A stretch of DNA of 64,000 nt from an uncultured Myxococcales bacterium (GCA_937868485.1 CALMML010000014.1:1975-65974), one strand, 5' to 3'; positions 18,172-29,093 are shown, counted from the first letter of the stretch. The notes: generated by a model not told the origin, from the sequence alone. Program-made: numbers and translations.

Positions 18172-20106
18172 CTATGCGTCGGGCTTTTGATGAAAACCGT
18201 GCGCTTGCTCGGCGGTCTCGAACAGCTGCGGCGTGACGCCTTGCTTTTTCAGCGCATCGTCGAGCTTGACCCGCAAAAACGCACTCGTGGTGTAGCGCGA
18301 GACCTCGGTGTAATAGCGCTCGATGAGATAGCGAACCATCTCGGCATACGCTTCGGTGACCGAGTCTTCGATGACAAACGAGTCGTAGTTCACCACCACC
18401 GCGACCTTGCGTCCGACGGACTTGCACTTGCGCTCGACCGCTTGGCGAATCGCTTCGACATCGCGCAGGCTGCGAACGTGCATGCCTTCGAAGTTGTTAA
18501 ACAGGATGTTGCGGCTGGCGTCGTAGCTGACACGCTGACGTAGATCGAGCCGTAGGATCTCGCTCTTTAACTCCATCGGCTCGACGCGGAAGATCCGCTC
18601 ATCCATCAGACGCAGGTTGCGAATGATGGGCTGGAACGCCATGTGCGCCAAGATGTCGTCTTGTAGGTCGATGCCCGGCGCGATCTCGATAAGCTCCAGA
18701 CCGTCGCGGCCAAGCTGGAACACACAGCGCTCGGTGACGTAGTAGACCTGCTGTTCTTTTTGCGCCGAGTACGCGCCGCTGAACGTGATCTGCTCGACGT
18801 GACGGACGAACTTGCGACTGCGACCTTCGCGCAAGATGGCCAGCTTGCCGCCGCCGACCGCGACCTCGAGTCCGTCGGTGGTGAAGGTTCCGACGAAGAC
18901 CAAGCGACGAGCGGTCTGGCTGATGTTGATGAAGCCGCCCGCGCCCGCGAGCCGACTACCGAAGCGACTGACGTTGATGTTGCCCGCGCTGTCGCACTCG
19001 GCCATGCCTAAGCACGCCAGATCGAGCCCGCCGCCGTCGTAAAAGTCGAACTGCTGGTTCTGCGCGATGATCGCGTCGGTGTTGACCGCTGCTCCGAAGT
19101 CGAGTCCGCTCGCAGGAACGCCGCCAATCACACCCGGCTCGGTGGTGAGCGTCAGGTATTCGAGCAGCTTTTCTTCGCGTGCAACCGCGGCCACACCCTC
19201 GGGCATGCCGATGCCAAGGTTACAGACCGCATTGGCGGTTAGCTCGAAGGCGGCTCGACGGGCAATCACCTTGCGAACATCGAGCGCCATCGGCGGCATG
19301 CTATCGACGGGAACGCGAATTTCAGCCGAAAACGCCGGGCTATACGCCGTCGCGTAGGTCTGAAGGTGATAGTCGGGCGGCGACACCACCACGCAGTCCA
19401 CCAAAATGCCTGGAATCACAACCTGACGAGGATGCAGCGATCCCGCCGCTGCGATGCGCTCGACCTGCACAATGACGACGCCGCCGCTGTTCTTGACCGC
19501 CTGCGCCATCGCCAGGTTGTCGAGCAGAAGCGACTCGCGCTCCATCGTGATGTTGCCGTTCGGATCGGACGTGGTTCCCCGCAGCAGTGCGACGTGAATC
19601 GGGAACGACTTGTAAAACAGCCACTCCTCACCGTCGATCTCAATCACCCGCACCAGATCGTGCTTCGCCGACTGGTTGACCTTGCCGCCTTGCAGCCGAG
19701 GATCGACAAAGGTGTGCAGACCAATCTTGGTGATTACACCCGGCTTGCCGGCGGCGATGTCTCGATACAGGTGCGAGATGCAGCCTTGTGGCAGGTTGTA
19801 CGCTTCCAGCTTGTCTTCGAGCGCCAGCTTGCCTAGCTTCGGCGCCAAGCCCCAGTGACCACCGACGACTCGCTTGAGCAGACCTTCGTGCGCCAGCCGA
19901 TTGAGCCCACGCTGCTTGCCGTCGCCTTGTCCCGCAGCAAAGACCAGCGTCAGCCCTTGCGGCGACTGGCTGTGTAAGTAGCGCTTTTCCAGCGCGGCCA
20001 GCAGTCCGTCCGGCGTGCCCGTTCCCACAAAGCCTGAAGTACAGATGGTGTCACCATCGCGGATGAGCGCGATGGCCTCCTCCGAGGAGACGACCTTGTT
20101 TCGCAT
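18172..20106 (-). CDS. family I acyl-CoA:acetate/3-ketoacid CoA-transferase (fused alpha/beta, YdiF/propionate-CoA-transferase-like) with a ~110-aa C-terminal extension
   Basis: N-terminal [26 protein letters not shown]; both CoA-transferase halves are recognisable. The tail after …RVEPMELK is extra. Confidence 0.7.
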   Translation of the reverse strand: MRNKVVSSEEAIALIRDGDTICTSGFVGTGTPDGLLAALEKRYLHSQSPQGLTLVFAAGQGDGKQRGLNRLAHEGLLKRVVGGHWGLAPKLGKLALEDKLEAYNLPQGCISHLYRDIAAGKPGVITKIGLHTFVDPRLQGGKVNQSAKHDLVRVIEIDGEEWLFYKSFPIHVALLRGTTSDPNGNITMERESLLLDNLAMAQAVKNSGGVVIVQVERIAAAGSLHPRQVVIPGILVDCVVVSPPDYHLQTYATAYSPAFSAEIRVPVDSMPPMALDVRKVIARRAAFELTANAVCNLGIGMPEGVAAVAREEKLLEYLTLTTEPGVIGGVPASGLDFGAAVNTDAIIAQNQQFDFYDGGGLDLACLGMAECDSAGNINVSRFGSRLAGAGGFINISQTARRLVFVGTFTTDGLEVAVGGGKLAILREGRSRKFVRHVEQITFSGAYSAQKEQQVYYVTERCVFQLGRDGLELIEIAPGIDLQDDILAHMAFQPIIRNLRLMDERIFRVEPMELKSEILRLDLRQRVSYDASRNILFNNFEGMHVRSLRDVEAIRQAVERKCKSVGRKVAVVVNYDSFVIEDSVTEAYAEMVRYLIERYYTEVSRYTTSAFLRVKLDDALKKQGVTPQLFETAEQAHGFHQKPDA

Positions 20107-20200
20107 GGTCCGGCACCATCGCAGCTTGGGTTTCCGCTGCCAAGTGACTTCATCTTACTTGCGAGGGTCTGCGGGACAGGTCCGTGGCTGCGACGGCTCG

Positions 20201-21250
20201 TTACGGATTCGCTGGGCGCTGCGGCTCACTTAAGAAATAGCGTTCCATTTCTTGTGCCGCTGGCTTGTGTCGCATCGTGTATCCGCGCGACGCCCGACCG
20301 CCAAAGCCGTAATAGTTCCAAAAGTAGACGCCCGCGAGCTGCGCTTCCCCTTGCCAGGCCCGCGCAAAGGCTTCGTACGCTCGGCGCTGATCTTCCAGGT
20401 CCACCGGCTGCTCCGCGCCTTCTTCCCACGGCCAGGCGGCGGCTCCGCGCTGACTCAAATAACCAACCTCGGTGAGCAGCAGCGGCTTTTGCTTGGCCTT
20501 GGCAAACGCGACCAGATCCTGGCGCTTTTTCTGCCACGCAGCCAGCAAGTCTTCGACGGGGAAGGGCGGTCTGCTCAGCCGTCCCGCCAGTGGAAAGTAC
20601 GCACACATGCCTACGCTGTCGCACAGCTCGTAGAGCGCGACCTTTTCGTAGTGATCCCAGTTGCCCGAATAGGTCAGCTTGCCGCGAAAGCTGCTGCGTA
20701 CTTTGCCAATCAGCCGTCGCCAGTCCGTCAGATCGCGCTCGCCATCGAGCGTCGATAGCTCACTGCCGACCGAAAACTGCGCGACCTTGTGCGTCTGCGC
20801 CAGCTTGCCAAGGTGAAGCGTCAGTCGCTCGTAGCTCGTCCACCAGGCGGCGCGATCGTCGGGGGCCAGCGTGCCGCGCCACTCCGACGACTTGCGAGGT
20901 CGAGCCAGCCGCACAATCGGAAACAACATCACCGCAAGCCCGAGCGCGTGCGCTTCACCGATGGTGCGTGTAATCGTCTCGTCGGGAACACTAAAGCGCG
21001 GGTGCGAGTAAATCTCCGTCGAGCCCGCATGATCTTGGTAATACGCCGGAACCAGCGACACATGCGTCGCCGACAGGTCACGCAGCTCGCGCAGCAGCCC
21101 GCCGTACGACCACAGCGGATCTTCGTGAAACAGCCCGAGCGCCACGCCTCGCGCAAGGGGCGCAGTCGTCTGAGCTGCGACGCGTCCACTCGATCCCAGC
21201 GACAGTCCGCCCGCGATCAGCGCTTGCAAGACCTGCCGCCGAGAGCTCAT
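20201..21250 (-). CDS. Tat-secreted glycoside hydrolase (clan GH-A TIM-barrel-like)
   Basis: Twin-arginine signal MSSRRQVLQALIAGGLSLGSS; candidate catalytic glutamates in FSVGSELS and LLLTEVGY. The family was not resolved. Confidence 0.5.
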   Translation of the reverse strand: MSSRRQVLQALIAGGLSLGSSGRVAAQTTAPLARGVALGLFHEDPLWSYGGLLRELRDLSATHVSLVPAYYQDHAGSTEIYSHPRFSVPDETITRTIGEAHALGLAVMLFPIVRLARPRKSSEWRGTLAPDDRAAWWTSYERLTLHLGKLAQTHKVAQFSVGSELSTLDGERDLTDWRRLIGKVRSSFRGKLTYSGNWDHYEKVALYELCDSVGMCAYFPLAGRLSRPPFPVEDLLAAWQKKRQDLVAFAKAKQKPLLLTEVGYLSQRGAAAWPWEEGAEQPVDLEDQRRAYEAFARAWQGEAQLAGVYFWNYYGFGGRASRGYTMRHKPAAQEMERYFLSEPQRPANP

Positions 21251-22053
21251 CGTCCGAGCTTCCACACCACCACCAGCCACGAGCGTCCCAGGTACAGCGT
21301 GTGCGCCGTCAGGTACGGCAGCAGAAACCACTCCATGTGCCCGAGCACCGCCGGGACGAAGAACCACGCCGGATAGTGCAGCGTCAGCTTGCCCAGCGCT
21401 TCGACAATGCGAATCGGCAGAAGCACGATCTTCTTCAGCAGCGACGACGGAGCCGCTTCGGTCGGTTCCTTGAACTTGGTGTATCCCGCGACGCGCTCGC
21501 CTTTGCGACCGTGGACCGCTTCAAAGTATTCGGGCCGACGCATAAACGTCGTCGTCGAGATTCCCGCCGCCGCGATGCACACGCCGAGCAGTCCAAGTCC
21601 CAGCCAAAACACCTGCGACGATACGGGCAGTGCGCCCAGCGTCGGGGCTCCGTCGATGGCCAGGCGTGCCGCGCAGCTTGCGACGAGCAGCACCGCTTTG
21701 ATCTCATCGACCAGAAAGTCCAGATACGCTCCGACGGGCGACGACAGACCTTTGATCCGCGCAAGCTGTCCGTCCACGCAGTCGAGCACAAACGCCAGGT
21801 GCAGCACCAGCGCCGCCGCAATCAGTCCGACACGACCCGGACACAACACCAGCGTCGCAATGCCACACAGCGACGTGAGCAGCGACAGCAGCGTCACCTG
21901 ATTCGGCGTAATCCGCGTGCCTCGCAGCAGATACACCAGCACCGCCGCTTTGGGCCGCGCGATGTAGCGATTGAAGCGGAGATCCTCGGCCTTGATGCTG
22001 CGCCGATAGATCTCCGCGACCGAGAGCCGATTTGTCTCGCTGCCGTCGCTCAT
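21247..22053 (-). CDS. CDP-alcohol phosphatidyltransferase family membrane protein
   Basis: D-G-x2-A-R signature (LDCVDGQLARIKG…DFLVDEIK). It overlaps the downstream GH start by 4 nt. Confidence 0.7.
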   Translation of the reverse strand: MSDGSETNRLSVAEIYRRSIKAEDLRFNRYIARPKAAVLVYLLRGTRITPNQVTLLSLLTSLCGIATLVLCPGRVGLIAAALVLHLAFVLDCVDGQLARIKGLSSPVGAYLDFLVDEIKAVLLVASCAARLAIDGAPTLGALPVSSQVFWLGLGLLGVCIAAAGISTTTFMRRPEYFEAVHGRKGERVAGYTKFKEPTEAAPSSLLKKIVLLPIRIVEALGKLTLHYPAWFFVPAVLGHMEWFLLPYLTAHTLYLGRSWLVVVWKLGR

Positions 22054-22059
22054 CCGTCG

Positions 22060-24762
22060 TTACGACTCTGACTGCTCGTCTGACGATTCATCCGAGTCGT
22101 CCGCGATGTCTTCTTCGCCCTCGGTATCGTCGAGCACTTCAATCGGGCTGGCCGCTAGCTCTTCTTCGCTGCCTTCGACGGGCTCGCTGTCATCTTTGCC
22201 CGGATCGCTCAGCGCTTCGACGGCCACCACGCGCTCGCCGCTCGCTGGATCGATGCGGATCAGTCGCACGCCTTGGGTGTTGCGACCGCGCGTCGGAATG
22301 TCACGCACCCGAATGCGAATCACGCGGCCCGTGTCGGTGACGAGCATCAGATCTTCGCTGTCCACCACCGTCAGCACACCGACGACCTTGCCATTGCGAT
22401 CGTTGGTCTTGATGGTGATGACGCCCTGCGTGCCTCGGTTCTTTTGCGGATAATCCGACGCGGGCGTGCGCTTGCCGAAGCCCTTTTCGCAGACCGTGAG
22501 CAGCGTGATCTCGCTGCCCGAGTCGCGACTGAGCACCTGCATGGCGACGATGCGATCGGTTGCGCTCTTGAGCGTGACACCGCGTACCCCACGAGCGGTT
22601 CGGCCCATCGCGCGGACTTGTTCTTCCTTGAAGCGGACCACGTAGCCGTCGCGAGTACACAGCGCAATGTCGTTGTGTCCGTCGGTGATGGCCGCGCCAA
22701 CTAGATCGTCACCTTCGTCGAGATCCACCGCGATGATGCCGGTCGATCGAATCGCCGAAAACGCATCCAGCTCGGTCTTTTTGACCACGCCCTTGGCCGT
22801 CGACAGCAGCACGAACTTTCCCGCCTCAAACCCGGGCAGCGGCAGCATCTCGACGATGCGCTCTCCGGGCTGAAGCTCCAGGAAGTTCACCATTGCCTTG
22901 CCTTTGCCCGACCGCGACTGCGACTCCGGCAGATCAAACACCCGCTTCGAGTACGCGCGACCCGTGTTCGTAAACATCAGCACATAGTCATGCGTGCTGG
23001 CGACGAATAGCTTGTGGATCAGGTCTTCTTCTTTCGTCGACGCGCCTTGGACACCACGACCACCGCGACCTTGCGCGCGATATTCCGACAGCGATACGCG
23101 ACGGACGTAGCCTTCACGCGACAGCGTCACCACCATCGCTTCTTCGGCGATCAGCTCTTCCAGTCGAATCTCGCCTGCGTCGTCGATGATCTGGGTGCGA
23201 CGCGGCTCGATGTACATCGCGCGCAGCTCCGTCAGCTCACCGGCGATGACGTCACGCAGCCGCGACTCGCTCGCCAGGATGCCTTCCAGATCCACGATCG
23301 TCGCCGTCAGCTCGCGATATTCCTCGGCCAGCTTGTCGCGCTCCAGTCCCGTCAGTCGCTGCAGTCGCATTTCGAGGATGGCTTTCGCCTGTGCCTCGGT
23401 AAAGTACAGCGTGCCGCGACCGGTTCGTGCCGCGATCTCGTCTTCTGGACGTCCGGCGCGACGCAAAAACTCAGCGAGTCCCGTCAGCGGCTCGGCCATC
23501 AAGTGCTCTTTGGCTTCGACCGGATCTTTGGCTGCGCGAATGATCGCGATGATGCGATCGATCTGATCAATCGCCAGGCCCAAGCCTTCGACGATCTCTC
23601 GACGCGAGCGCGCTTGCTTGAGCAGATACAGCGAGCGACGCAGCACCACTTGCCGACGGTGATCGAGGAAGTGCCCCAGCGCATCCCGCAGCGACAGAAT
23701 CCGAGGCCGTCCATCGACAATCGCCAGCATGATGACGCCGAACGTCACCTGAAGGCTCGTCTGCGCATACAGCTGATTGAGCACCACTTGCGCGACGGCA
23801 TCACGCTTGAGCTCAATCACCAGCCGCATGCCTTCGCGGCTCGACTCGTTGCGCAGGTCCGAGATGCCTTCGATCTTCTTTTCGCGAACCAGCTCGGCCA
23901 GTCGCTCGATCAGTCGGTTCGGGTTCACCTGATAGGGAACCTCGGTGACGACGATCTGCGACTTGTTGTTCTTGAGCTCTTCGATCTCGGTCTTCGCGCG
24001 CAGCGTCAGCGAGCCACGTCCGGTCTCGTACGCTTGGCGAATGCCCGCTTTGCCGTAGATAAAGCCTGCCGTCGGGAAATCCGGGCCCGGCACCAGCTTC
24101 ATCAGCTCTGCATTGGTGGTCTGCGGGTTTTTCAGCAGGTGCAGCGACGCATCCAGCACTTCCCCGAGGTTGTGCGGCGGAATGTTCGTCGCCATACCGA
24201 CGGCGATACCGGCTGCTCCATTGACGAGCAGGTTCGGCAGCATCGCCGGAAGCACGGTCGGTTCGCGCTCTTTGTCGTCGAAGTTGGGAACGAAGTCGAC
24301 CGTCTCTTTGTCCAGATCGGTCAGCATCGTCGACGCAATCCGCTGGAGACGACACTCGGTGTATCGGTACGCGGCGGGCGGATCGCCTTCAATCGAACCG
24401 AAGTTGCCTTGCCCGTCGACGAGCGGATGACGCATGTTCCAGTCTTGCGCGAGCCGAACGAGTGCGTCGTAGACCGAAGCATCACCGTGTGGGTGATACT
24501 TACCGAGCACTTCACCGACGACACGCGCACACTTTACGTAGGAACGATTCCAGACGACGTTGGCTTCGTGCATCGCGTATAGGATGCGACGATGTACCGG
24601 CTTGAGTCCGTCTCGCGCGTCGGGAAGTGCTCGCGAGATGATGACGCTCATCGCGTAGTCCATAAACGAGGAGCGCATCTCGTCGTGGATCTGCTGAACG
24701 TAGACGGCGCTCGGCGGGTCGCCAGCCGGAGCCACGGTCGAATTCGATTTGTCTTGAGCCAT
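22060..24762 (-). CDS. gyrA: DNA gyrase subunit A
   Basis: [29 protein letters not shown] active-site region with the QRDR, full-length conservation and an acidic C-terminal tail. Start taken at MAQDKSNS; the ORF's first ATG is at 24786. Confidence 0.97.
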   Translation of the reverse strand: MAQDKSNSTVAPAGDPPSAVYVQQIHDEMRSSFMDYAMSVIISRALPDARDGLKPVHRRILYAMHEANVVWNRSYVKCARVVGEVLGKYHPHGDASVYDALVRLAQDWNMRHPLVDGQGNFGSIEGDPPAAYRYTECRLQRIASTMLTDLDKETVDFVPNFDDKEREPTVLPAMLPNLLVNGAAGIAVGMATNIPPHNLGEVLDASLHLLKNPQTTNAELMKLVPGPDFPTAGFIYGKAGIRQAYETGRGSLTLRAKTEIEELKNNKSQIVVTEVPYQVNPNRLIERLAELVREKKIEGISDLRNESSREGMRLVIELKRDAVAQVVLNQLYAQTSLQVTFGVIMLAIVDGRPRILSLRDALGHFLDHRRQVVLRRSLYLLKQARSRREIVEGLGLAIDQIDRIIAIIRAAKDPVEAKEHLMAEPLTGLAEFLRRAGRPEDEIAARTGRGTLYFTEAQAKAILEMRLQRLTGLERDKLAEEYRELTATIVDLEGILASESRLRDVIAGELTELRAMYIEPRRTQIIDDAGEIRLEELIAEEAMVVTLSREGYVRRVSLSEYRAQGRGGRGVQGASTKEEDLIHKLFVASTHDYVLMFTNTGRAYSKRVFDLPESQSRSGKGKAMVNFLELQPGERIVEMLPLPGFEAGKFVLLSTAKGVVKKTELDAFSAIRSTGIIAVDLDEGDDLVGAAITDGHNDIALCTRDGYVVRFKEEQVRAMGRTARGVRGVTLKSATDRIVAMQVLSRDSGSEITLLTVCEKGFGKRTPASDYPQKNRGTQGVITIKTNDRNGKVVGVLTVVDSEDLMLVTDTGRVIRIRVRDIPTRGRNTQGVRLIRIDPASGERVVAVEALSDPGKDDSEPVEGSEEELAASPIEVLDDTEGEEDIADDSDESSDEQSES

Positions 24763-24892
24763 GTGACGAAAAAGCCTAGTCCGCAACCGTGCGTGGTCGC
24801 ATCAGAATGGGGCTTTTTATCTCAATTGGGCGACGACGGCAAGCGAGCAGGTAATTTTCTCTCGACCGTCGCCGCAGACCACGCAGTCGGCA

Positions 24893-26770
24893 TCAGCGCG
24901 ACCTATTCGGCCCGTGGTCGTGGTCGTGGTCGTGAGAATGCCCGTGGTCGTGGTCGTGCCCGTGCCCGTGGTTGTGGTCGTGCCCGTGGTCGTGAGAATG
25001 CCCGTGGTCGTGCCCGTGGTCGTGAGAGTGCCCGTGGTCGTGCGGGTCCATTCCGGTCGCATCGAGGGAGAGCTGATGCAAAAAGCCGCGCGGGCCTTGG
25101 CGCAGAAACGAACCGACAAACAGCAGCCCGACGATGACCAAGCAGGCTGGATATAGCCAGCCTCGGTGATCGTGTCCGACGTGAAACGGATAACCGGGAT
25201 TGGTTCCAACGATGCGATTGACCAGAAAGCCAAGCCCGACGGTGAGCAGCGCAATCGTGACGCCATAACCGATCGCGACCTTGCGTCCGTGCAGCTTGGC
25301 CAGCACACCATAGGTCGTCGCATTGGTCGCAGGTCCCGTCAGAAGAAACGCAATCGCAGCGCCCGGCGACACACCTTTGTGGATCAGCACAGCCACAAGC
25401 GGGGTTGCCGACGACGCGCAGACATACATCGGCATGCCCAGCACCGCGAGCAGCGGAACATCAAGTCCCGTCGGAAGCGCCGTCACCCAGTCCATGCGCA
25501 GCAGGGGCTCCAGCGCGGCGGCGACACCCAGGCCCATCACAATCCACGGTCCGGTGTGATCGACCGTTTCCACAAACCCGAGTCGCAGCGCAGCCCGCAG
25601 CTTGGTTTGCAGCGAGCCCGTGACTTCCTCTGTCGGCAAGGTCGGCGTTTGGTCTTGCGGGGACGTCTTCATGAAACCGCCAACCAAGATGCCGACGCCC
25701 AGCGCAACCACCGTCGCACAGAGCACTCGCGCCACCGTCAGCGGTAGACCCAGAAGCGGAAACGACAAGAGCACCGCATCGACGCCCAGCTCTGGTGCGG
25801 CCACGAGGAATGCCATCGCTGCAGCCGACGGAACGCCTCGTGCAATCAGGCTGCGATAGACCGGCAGGACACCACACGAGCAGATGGGCAGCGGCAGTCC
25901 AAACAGCACCCCGCGCAGCGACTGAGACAGCGTCGAGCCTCTTCGTAGCCACGAAACGCCCGTCGCTGGCAAGAACACGCCAATCAGTCCCGCGAACGAA
26001 TAGGCAATCAGCAGCGCGGGCGCACTTTCTAGCGCAAGCAGCGTCAGCGTCTTGGCCATGCTGGCTTCTCCGACGCGACTGGTCGGTAAAAGCTCACTGT
26101 GAAGCAGCGCGAGCAGCCCGAGCGCCAGCAGTCCGCCCAGTCCTTCAAAAAAGACGTGCTTGCCGCTCTGATCTTGCTGCTCGTGGACGACGACGTGAAG
26201 CAAGGCTCCAGCGACGACGCTTTGGAACAGTCCGATGCCTACGCCGCCGCTGTGTGCGAAAAACTCTGTCGATACACCGTAGCCAAGCGCCGTCGCTGCG
26301 GCAATTCCCATCAGCCCAAACACGCTCCAGCCGGTGCCCAGTCGACGCAGCAGCCACCACACCGACAGACCGACGGGAATGCGATGAAGGACAATCGCCA
26401 GCGGCAGCAACGCATCGGCGGTGTGTTCGTGATCGGCATGTCCCAGCGCGAGCGCCAGTCCGTCGAGAAACTCATGCATCGCCAGGCCAAGCAGACCGAG
26501 CACCACCGCGACTTTGTGCGCACGCTGGCCTCCGACGTGATGCATGCGCTCGACCTGTCGCACCGCGAGATAGCCGAGCACCGCCAGTGGCAGCGAGGGC
26601 CAGCCCGCCGCTGAATACGCCGACGGAATCAGTCGCCCCAAAATGATGCCCACCACGAGGAGCAGCACAAACCCATCGAGCGCTGCCATCGCCGCTTTGG
26701 CCCAGCGCAGCGACCGCTGAAGCAGCGGCCCCAAAAACAGAGCCACCGTCGATAAAAGGAGCAGCTTCAT
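24893..26770 (-). CDS. fused metal transporter: ZIP (ZupT-like) domain plus DUF318/YraQ-type permease domain plus a C-terminal His-rich tail
   Basis: ZIP-like HEFLDGLALALGHADHEH…HVVVHE blocks N-terminally; permease-type LPICSCGVLPVYRSLIARG block. The tail is (HDHGHS)n. Confidence 0.6.
   Translation of the reverse strand: MKLLLLSTVALFLGPLLQRSLRWAKAAMAALDGFVLLLVVGIILGRLIPSAYSAAGWPSLPLAVLGYLAVRQVERMHHVGGQRAHKVAVVLGLLGLAMHEFLDGLALALGHADHEHTADALLPLAIVLHRIPVGLSVWWLLRRLGTGWSVFGLMGIAAATALGYGVSTEFFAHSGGVGIGLFQSVVAGALLHVVVHEQQDQSGKHVFFEGLGGLLALGLLALLHSELLPTSRVGEASMAKTLTLLALESAPALLIAYSFAGLIGVFLPATGVSWLRRGSTLSQSLRGVLFGLPLPICSCGVLPVYRSLIARGVPSAAAMAFLVAAPELGVDAVLLSFPLLGLPLTVARVLCATVVALGVGILVGGFMKTSPQDQTPTLPTEEVTGSLQTKLRAALRLGFVETVDHTGPWIVMGLGVAAALEPLLRMDWVTALPTGLDVPLLAVLGMPMYVCASSATPLVAVLIHKGVSPGAAIAFLLTGPATNATTYGVLAKLHGRKVAIGYGVTIALLTVGLGFLVNRIVGTNPGYPFHVGHDHRGWLYPACLVIVGLLFVGSFLRQGPRGFLHQLSLDATGMDPHDHGHSHDHGHDHGHSHDHGHDHNHGHGHDHDHGHSHDHDHDHGPNRSR
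24899..25050. repeat. GTCGTG/CCCGTG-based tandem repeats encoding the (H-D/G/S)n tail of the transporter
   Basis: Visible periodicity cgtggtcgtggtcgtgagaatgcccgtggtcgtg… The opposite strand gives a spurious poly-Val ORF. Confidence 0.8.
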
Positions 26771-26837
26771 CGCGTCTTTACCGCCACGCTGCGTTTTGCC
26801 TGGTCACACACGTCGCGCAAGGTAAATCTTCGGCCCG

Positions 26838-28262
26838 GTGACATGCAATCGCGGTCGCCGCAAAGTTTCAAATCGCTCATCCGAAAGGTCTTGGATTTGC
26901 TACCGGTTCAAGTACTTTCGTGCGGTGTCACATAGCGAAGCGAACTCTGACAAGCGCCAGCTGACGTTGATTGACTGTTTGGGCATCGGCATCAACGGCA
27001 TCGTCGGTTCGGGCATCTTTCTGCTGCCAGCGGTGCTGTATCGGAAAGCGGGTTCGCAGGCTCCGTGGGCTTGGTTTGTCGCGGGTGGGTTGTGCTGCTT
27101 GGTTGCGCTGGTGTTCGCGGAAGCTGCGGGCCGTACCGACCGCTCTGGAGGCCCTTATCGCTATGCCTGTGACGCGTTTGGTCCGTATGTTGGTTTTGCC
27201 GTCGGTTGGGTGACGCTCATCAGCGTGCTGCTCGGCTATTCGGCGGTGGCGCGCGGCTTTGGCACCACGGCGGCGCAGATCTGTCACGACATGTTCGGTG
27301 TGCAGCTTGGCAATGCCGGAGTCGTCGCGCTGTCATGCGTCGTCGTCGTTGTTCTGTCCATCGTCAACATCCTGGGCGTCCGTAGCTCGGCACGCACGAG
27401 CGACATCATCTCGGCGGTCAAGCTGCTGAGCCTGTTTGGCTTTATCGTCGTCGGTCTGTGCTTTGTGAAGTTTGATCGAATGGGCGGTCAGCCTCCCATG
27501 CCTTCGACGGGGGAAACCACTGGCATCTTGGCCGCAGCCTTTGCGGGTCTGTTTGCGACCACGGGCTTTGAGTTCATTCCTGTTCCCGCCGGAGAAGCCA
27601 AAAATCCGCAGCGCACCGTTCCGCTCGCGATGGTGATCAGCGTGTTTCTGACGACGGTGCTCTATGCGCTGGTTCAGCTGGTTGCGACGGGGCTTCATCC
27701 CAGCTTGGGGGGAACCGAAACGCCGCTTGCGGACTCGGTGGCGCAGTTTGCCGGTTCGCGTGGTCGAGAGCTGATGAACGTCGCCGGGCTCATCTCGATG
27801 TTTGGCTTCTGCGCGGGCAGTGCGCTCGTCGGTCCTCGCTACCTGGAGTCGTTTTCCGAAGACCGCTTTGTTCCCGCGATCTTTGCGCATCGTCCGGCCA
27901 AGCTGGGCTCGCCGGTGTGGTCGGTGGTGCTGTTGTCGGTGCTTGTGATTCTGTTCCTGATGCTCGGGCTGGAGTTTAAGCAGCTTGCCGACATCTCAAA
28001 CGTCGCGGTGGTGGTTCAGTACATTGCGACTTGCGTGGCGGTGATCCTGATGCGGCAGAGAGGCCCAGCGCCTGCCAATGCGTTTGTGAACCCGCTCGGA
28101 CCGCTCGTTCCGCTGCTGGCGCTGTTTGGCTGCGCGGTGTTCTTGCTGGGTGTTGCAACGAGTCCCGATGGCGTGATGGCGCTCAAGTGGGCGGCGATTC
28201 TGATCGCGGCGGGCTTGCTCCTGGGCTCGGTGTTTCGGAAAATGGAGCTTTCGGCGAAGTAG
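26838..28262 (+). CDS. APC-superfamily amino acid/polyamine permease
   Basis: 12-TM permease with LIDCLGIGINGIVGSGIFLLP and GFEFIPVPAGEAKNPQRTVP blocks. The true start is probably an internal non-ATG codon (~26925). Confidence 0.7.
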   Translation: MTCNRGRRKVSNRSSERSWICYRFKYFRAVSHSEANSDKRQLTLIDCLGIGINGIVGSGIFLLPAVLYRKAGSQAPWAWFVAGGLCCLVALVFAEAAGRTDRSGGPYRYACDAFGPYVGFAVGWVTLISVLLGYSAVARGFGTTAAQICHDMFGVQLGNAGVVALSCVVVVVLSIVNILGVRSSARTSDIISAVKLLSLFGFIVVGLCFVKFDRMGGQPPMPSTGETTGILAAAFAGLFATTGFEFIPVPAGEAKNPQRTVPLAMVISVFLTTVLYALVQLVATGLHPSLGGTETPLADSVAQFAGSRGRELMNVAGLISMFGFCAGSALVGPRYLESFSEDRFVPAIFAHRPAKLGSPVWSVVLLSVLVILFLMLGLEFKQLADISNVAVVVQYIATCVAVILMRQRGPAPANAFVNPLGPLVPLLALFGCAVFLLGVATSPDGVMALKWAAILIAAGLLLGSVFRKMELSAK

Positions 28263-28280
28263 CCGAAGCAGGAGCGTGGG

Positions 28281-29081
28281 ATGAGTCGGGGGACCAGCTT
28301 GGGGAGCGTCCGGGGCTCACCGCGCATGCCGCTGGTTCTGTTGCCTTCTGCGGACCTGCTTGGTCTTTCGCGGGCGCTGGTTGATTCGTCGGCAAAAGGC
28401 GCGATCTCGACGGCGAATCTTCCTGACGAGGCGGTTTCGTCGCTGGCGCAGCGGCTGCTTCGTCCGAAGACCGTGCGTAAGCCGCTGCATCCGCTCTTGT
28501 CAGCGACGGCGACGCTGTTTGAGCAAGAGGTCTGCAACTATCAAGAAAAAGGGCTGGCGGTGACGATGGTCGCCGACTGGGCGCAGAGCCTGGGTCTGCC
28601 GTCGCGTCACGTCTTGGCGCTGGAGCAAGCGGTCGACGAGCTGCTGCTCAATGCGCTGTATGACGCGCCGCGTGGTCCGCGTGGAACGCCTCGTTATGCG
28701 GAGATTCCGCCGTCGGAGCGTGTGCTGATTCAAGCACTTCCCGGTGAGTCGGCGTGGGTTCGCTTTGCGTCCGATGGTTCCCGCCTGGCCGTCGGTGTTT
28801 CGGACCGAATGGGCCAGCTTCGTCGTCACACCGTGCTGTCGTATCTGGAACGCTGTGCCAGTGCGCAGCTTCGCCATCAGAGCCCACTCGAAGACAAGAC
28901 CTCTGGATCGGGCGTCGGGCTGTTTCTGACCGCGATGGCCGCGAGCGAGCTGCTCTTTCGTCTGCGCCAAGGTCAAAGTACCGAGATCGTGTTCTGTCAG
29001 TACCTCAGTCGCCCAAGGCCGCTGCGCGTGCTGGTGGTGGACGATGACGCGCACTCGCCGCTATCGTCGTCTCAAACGTAG
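28281..29081 (+). CDS. HATPase_c-like (RsbW/anti-sigma-type Ser kinase or HK-like ATPase) hypothetical protein
   Basis: N-box-like LALEQAVDELLLNALYDAP and a glycine-rich lid SGSGVGLFLTAMAASELLF. The C-terminus ends …PLRVLVVDDDAHSP, which looks like a receiver-domain start. Confidence 0.35.
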   Translation: MSRGTSLGSVRGSPRMPLVLLPSADLLGLSRALVDSSAKGAISTANLPDEAVSSLAQRLLRPKTVRKPLHPLLSATATLFEQEVCNYQEKGLAVTMVADWAQSLGLPSRHVLALEQAVDELLLNALYDAPRGPRGTPRYAEIPPSERVLIQALPGESAWVRFASDGSRLAVGVSDRMGQLRRHTVLSYLERCASAQLRHQSPLEDKTSGSGVGLFLTAMAASELLFRLRQGQSTEIVFCQYLSRPRPLRVLVVDDDAHSPLSSSQT

Positions 29082-29093
29082 AAAGAACGTCGC

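Noticed and set aside
24787-24892. AAAAAGCC…GGCTTTTT inverted repeat between the transporter gene and gyrA as a terminator
   Set aside because: The arms are AU-rich with a ~35-nt loop, and I could not find a convincing GC stem followed by a U-run by eye. Left unannotated.
24899-25050. Short direct repeats resembling a CRISPR array (also the arrays at 41348-41452 and 44112-44205)
   Set aside because: The units are 6-15 bp with no spacers. Two arrays are in-frame coding repeats (His-rich tail, KPADS tract). The third is an 11-12-bp satellite-like array. No cas genes are present. Not CRISPR.
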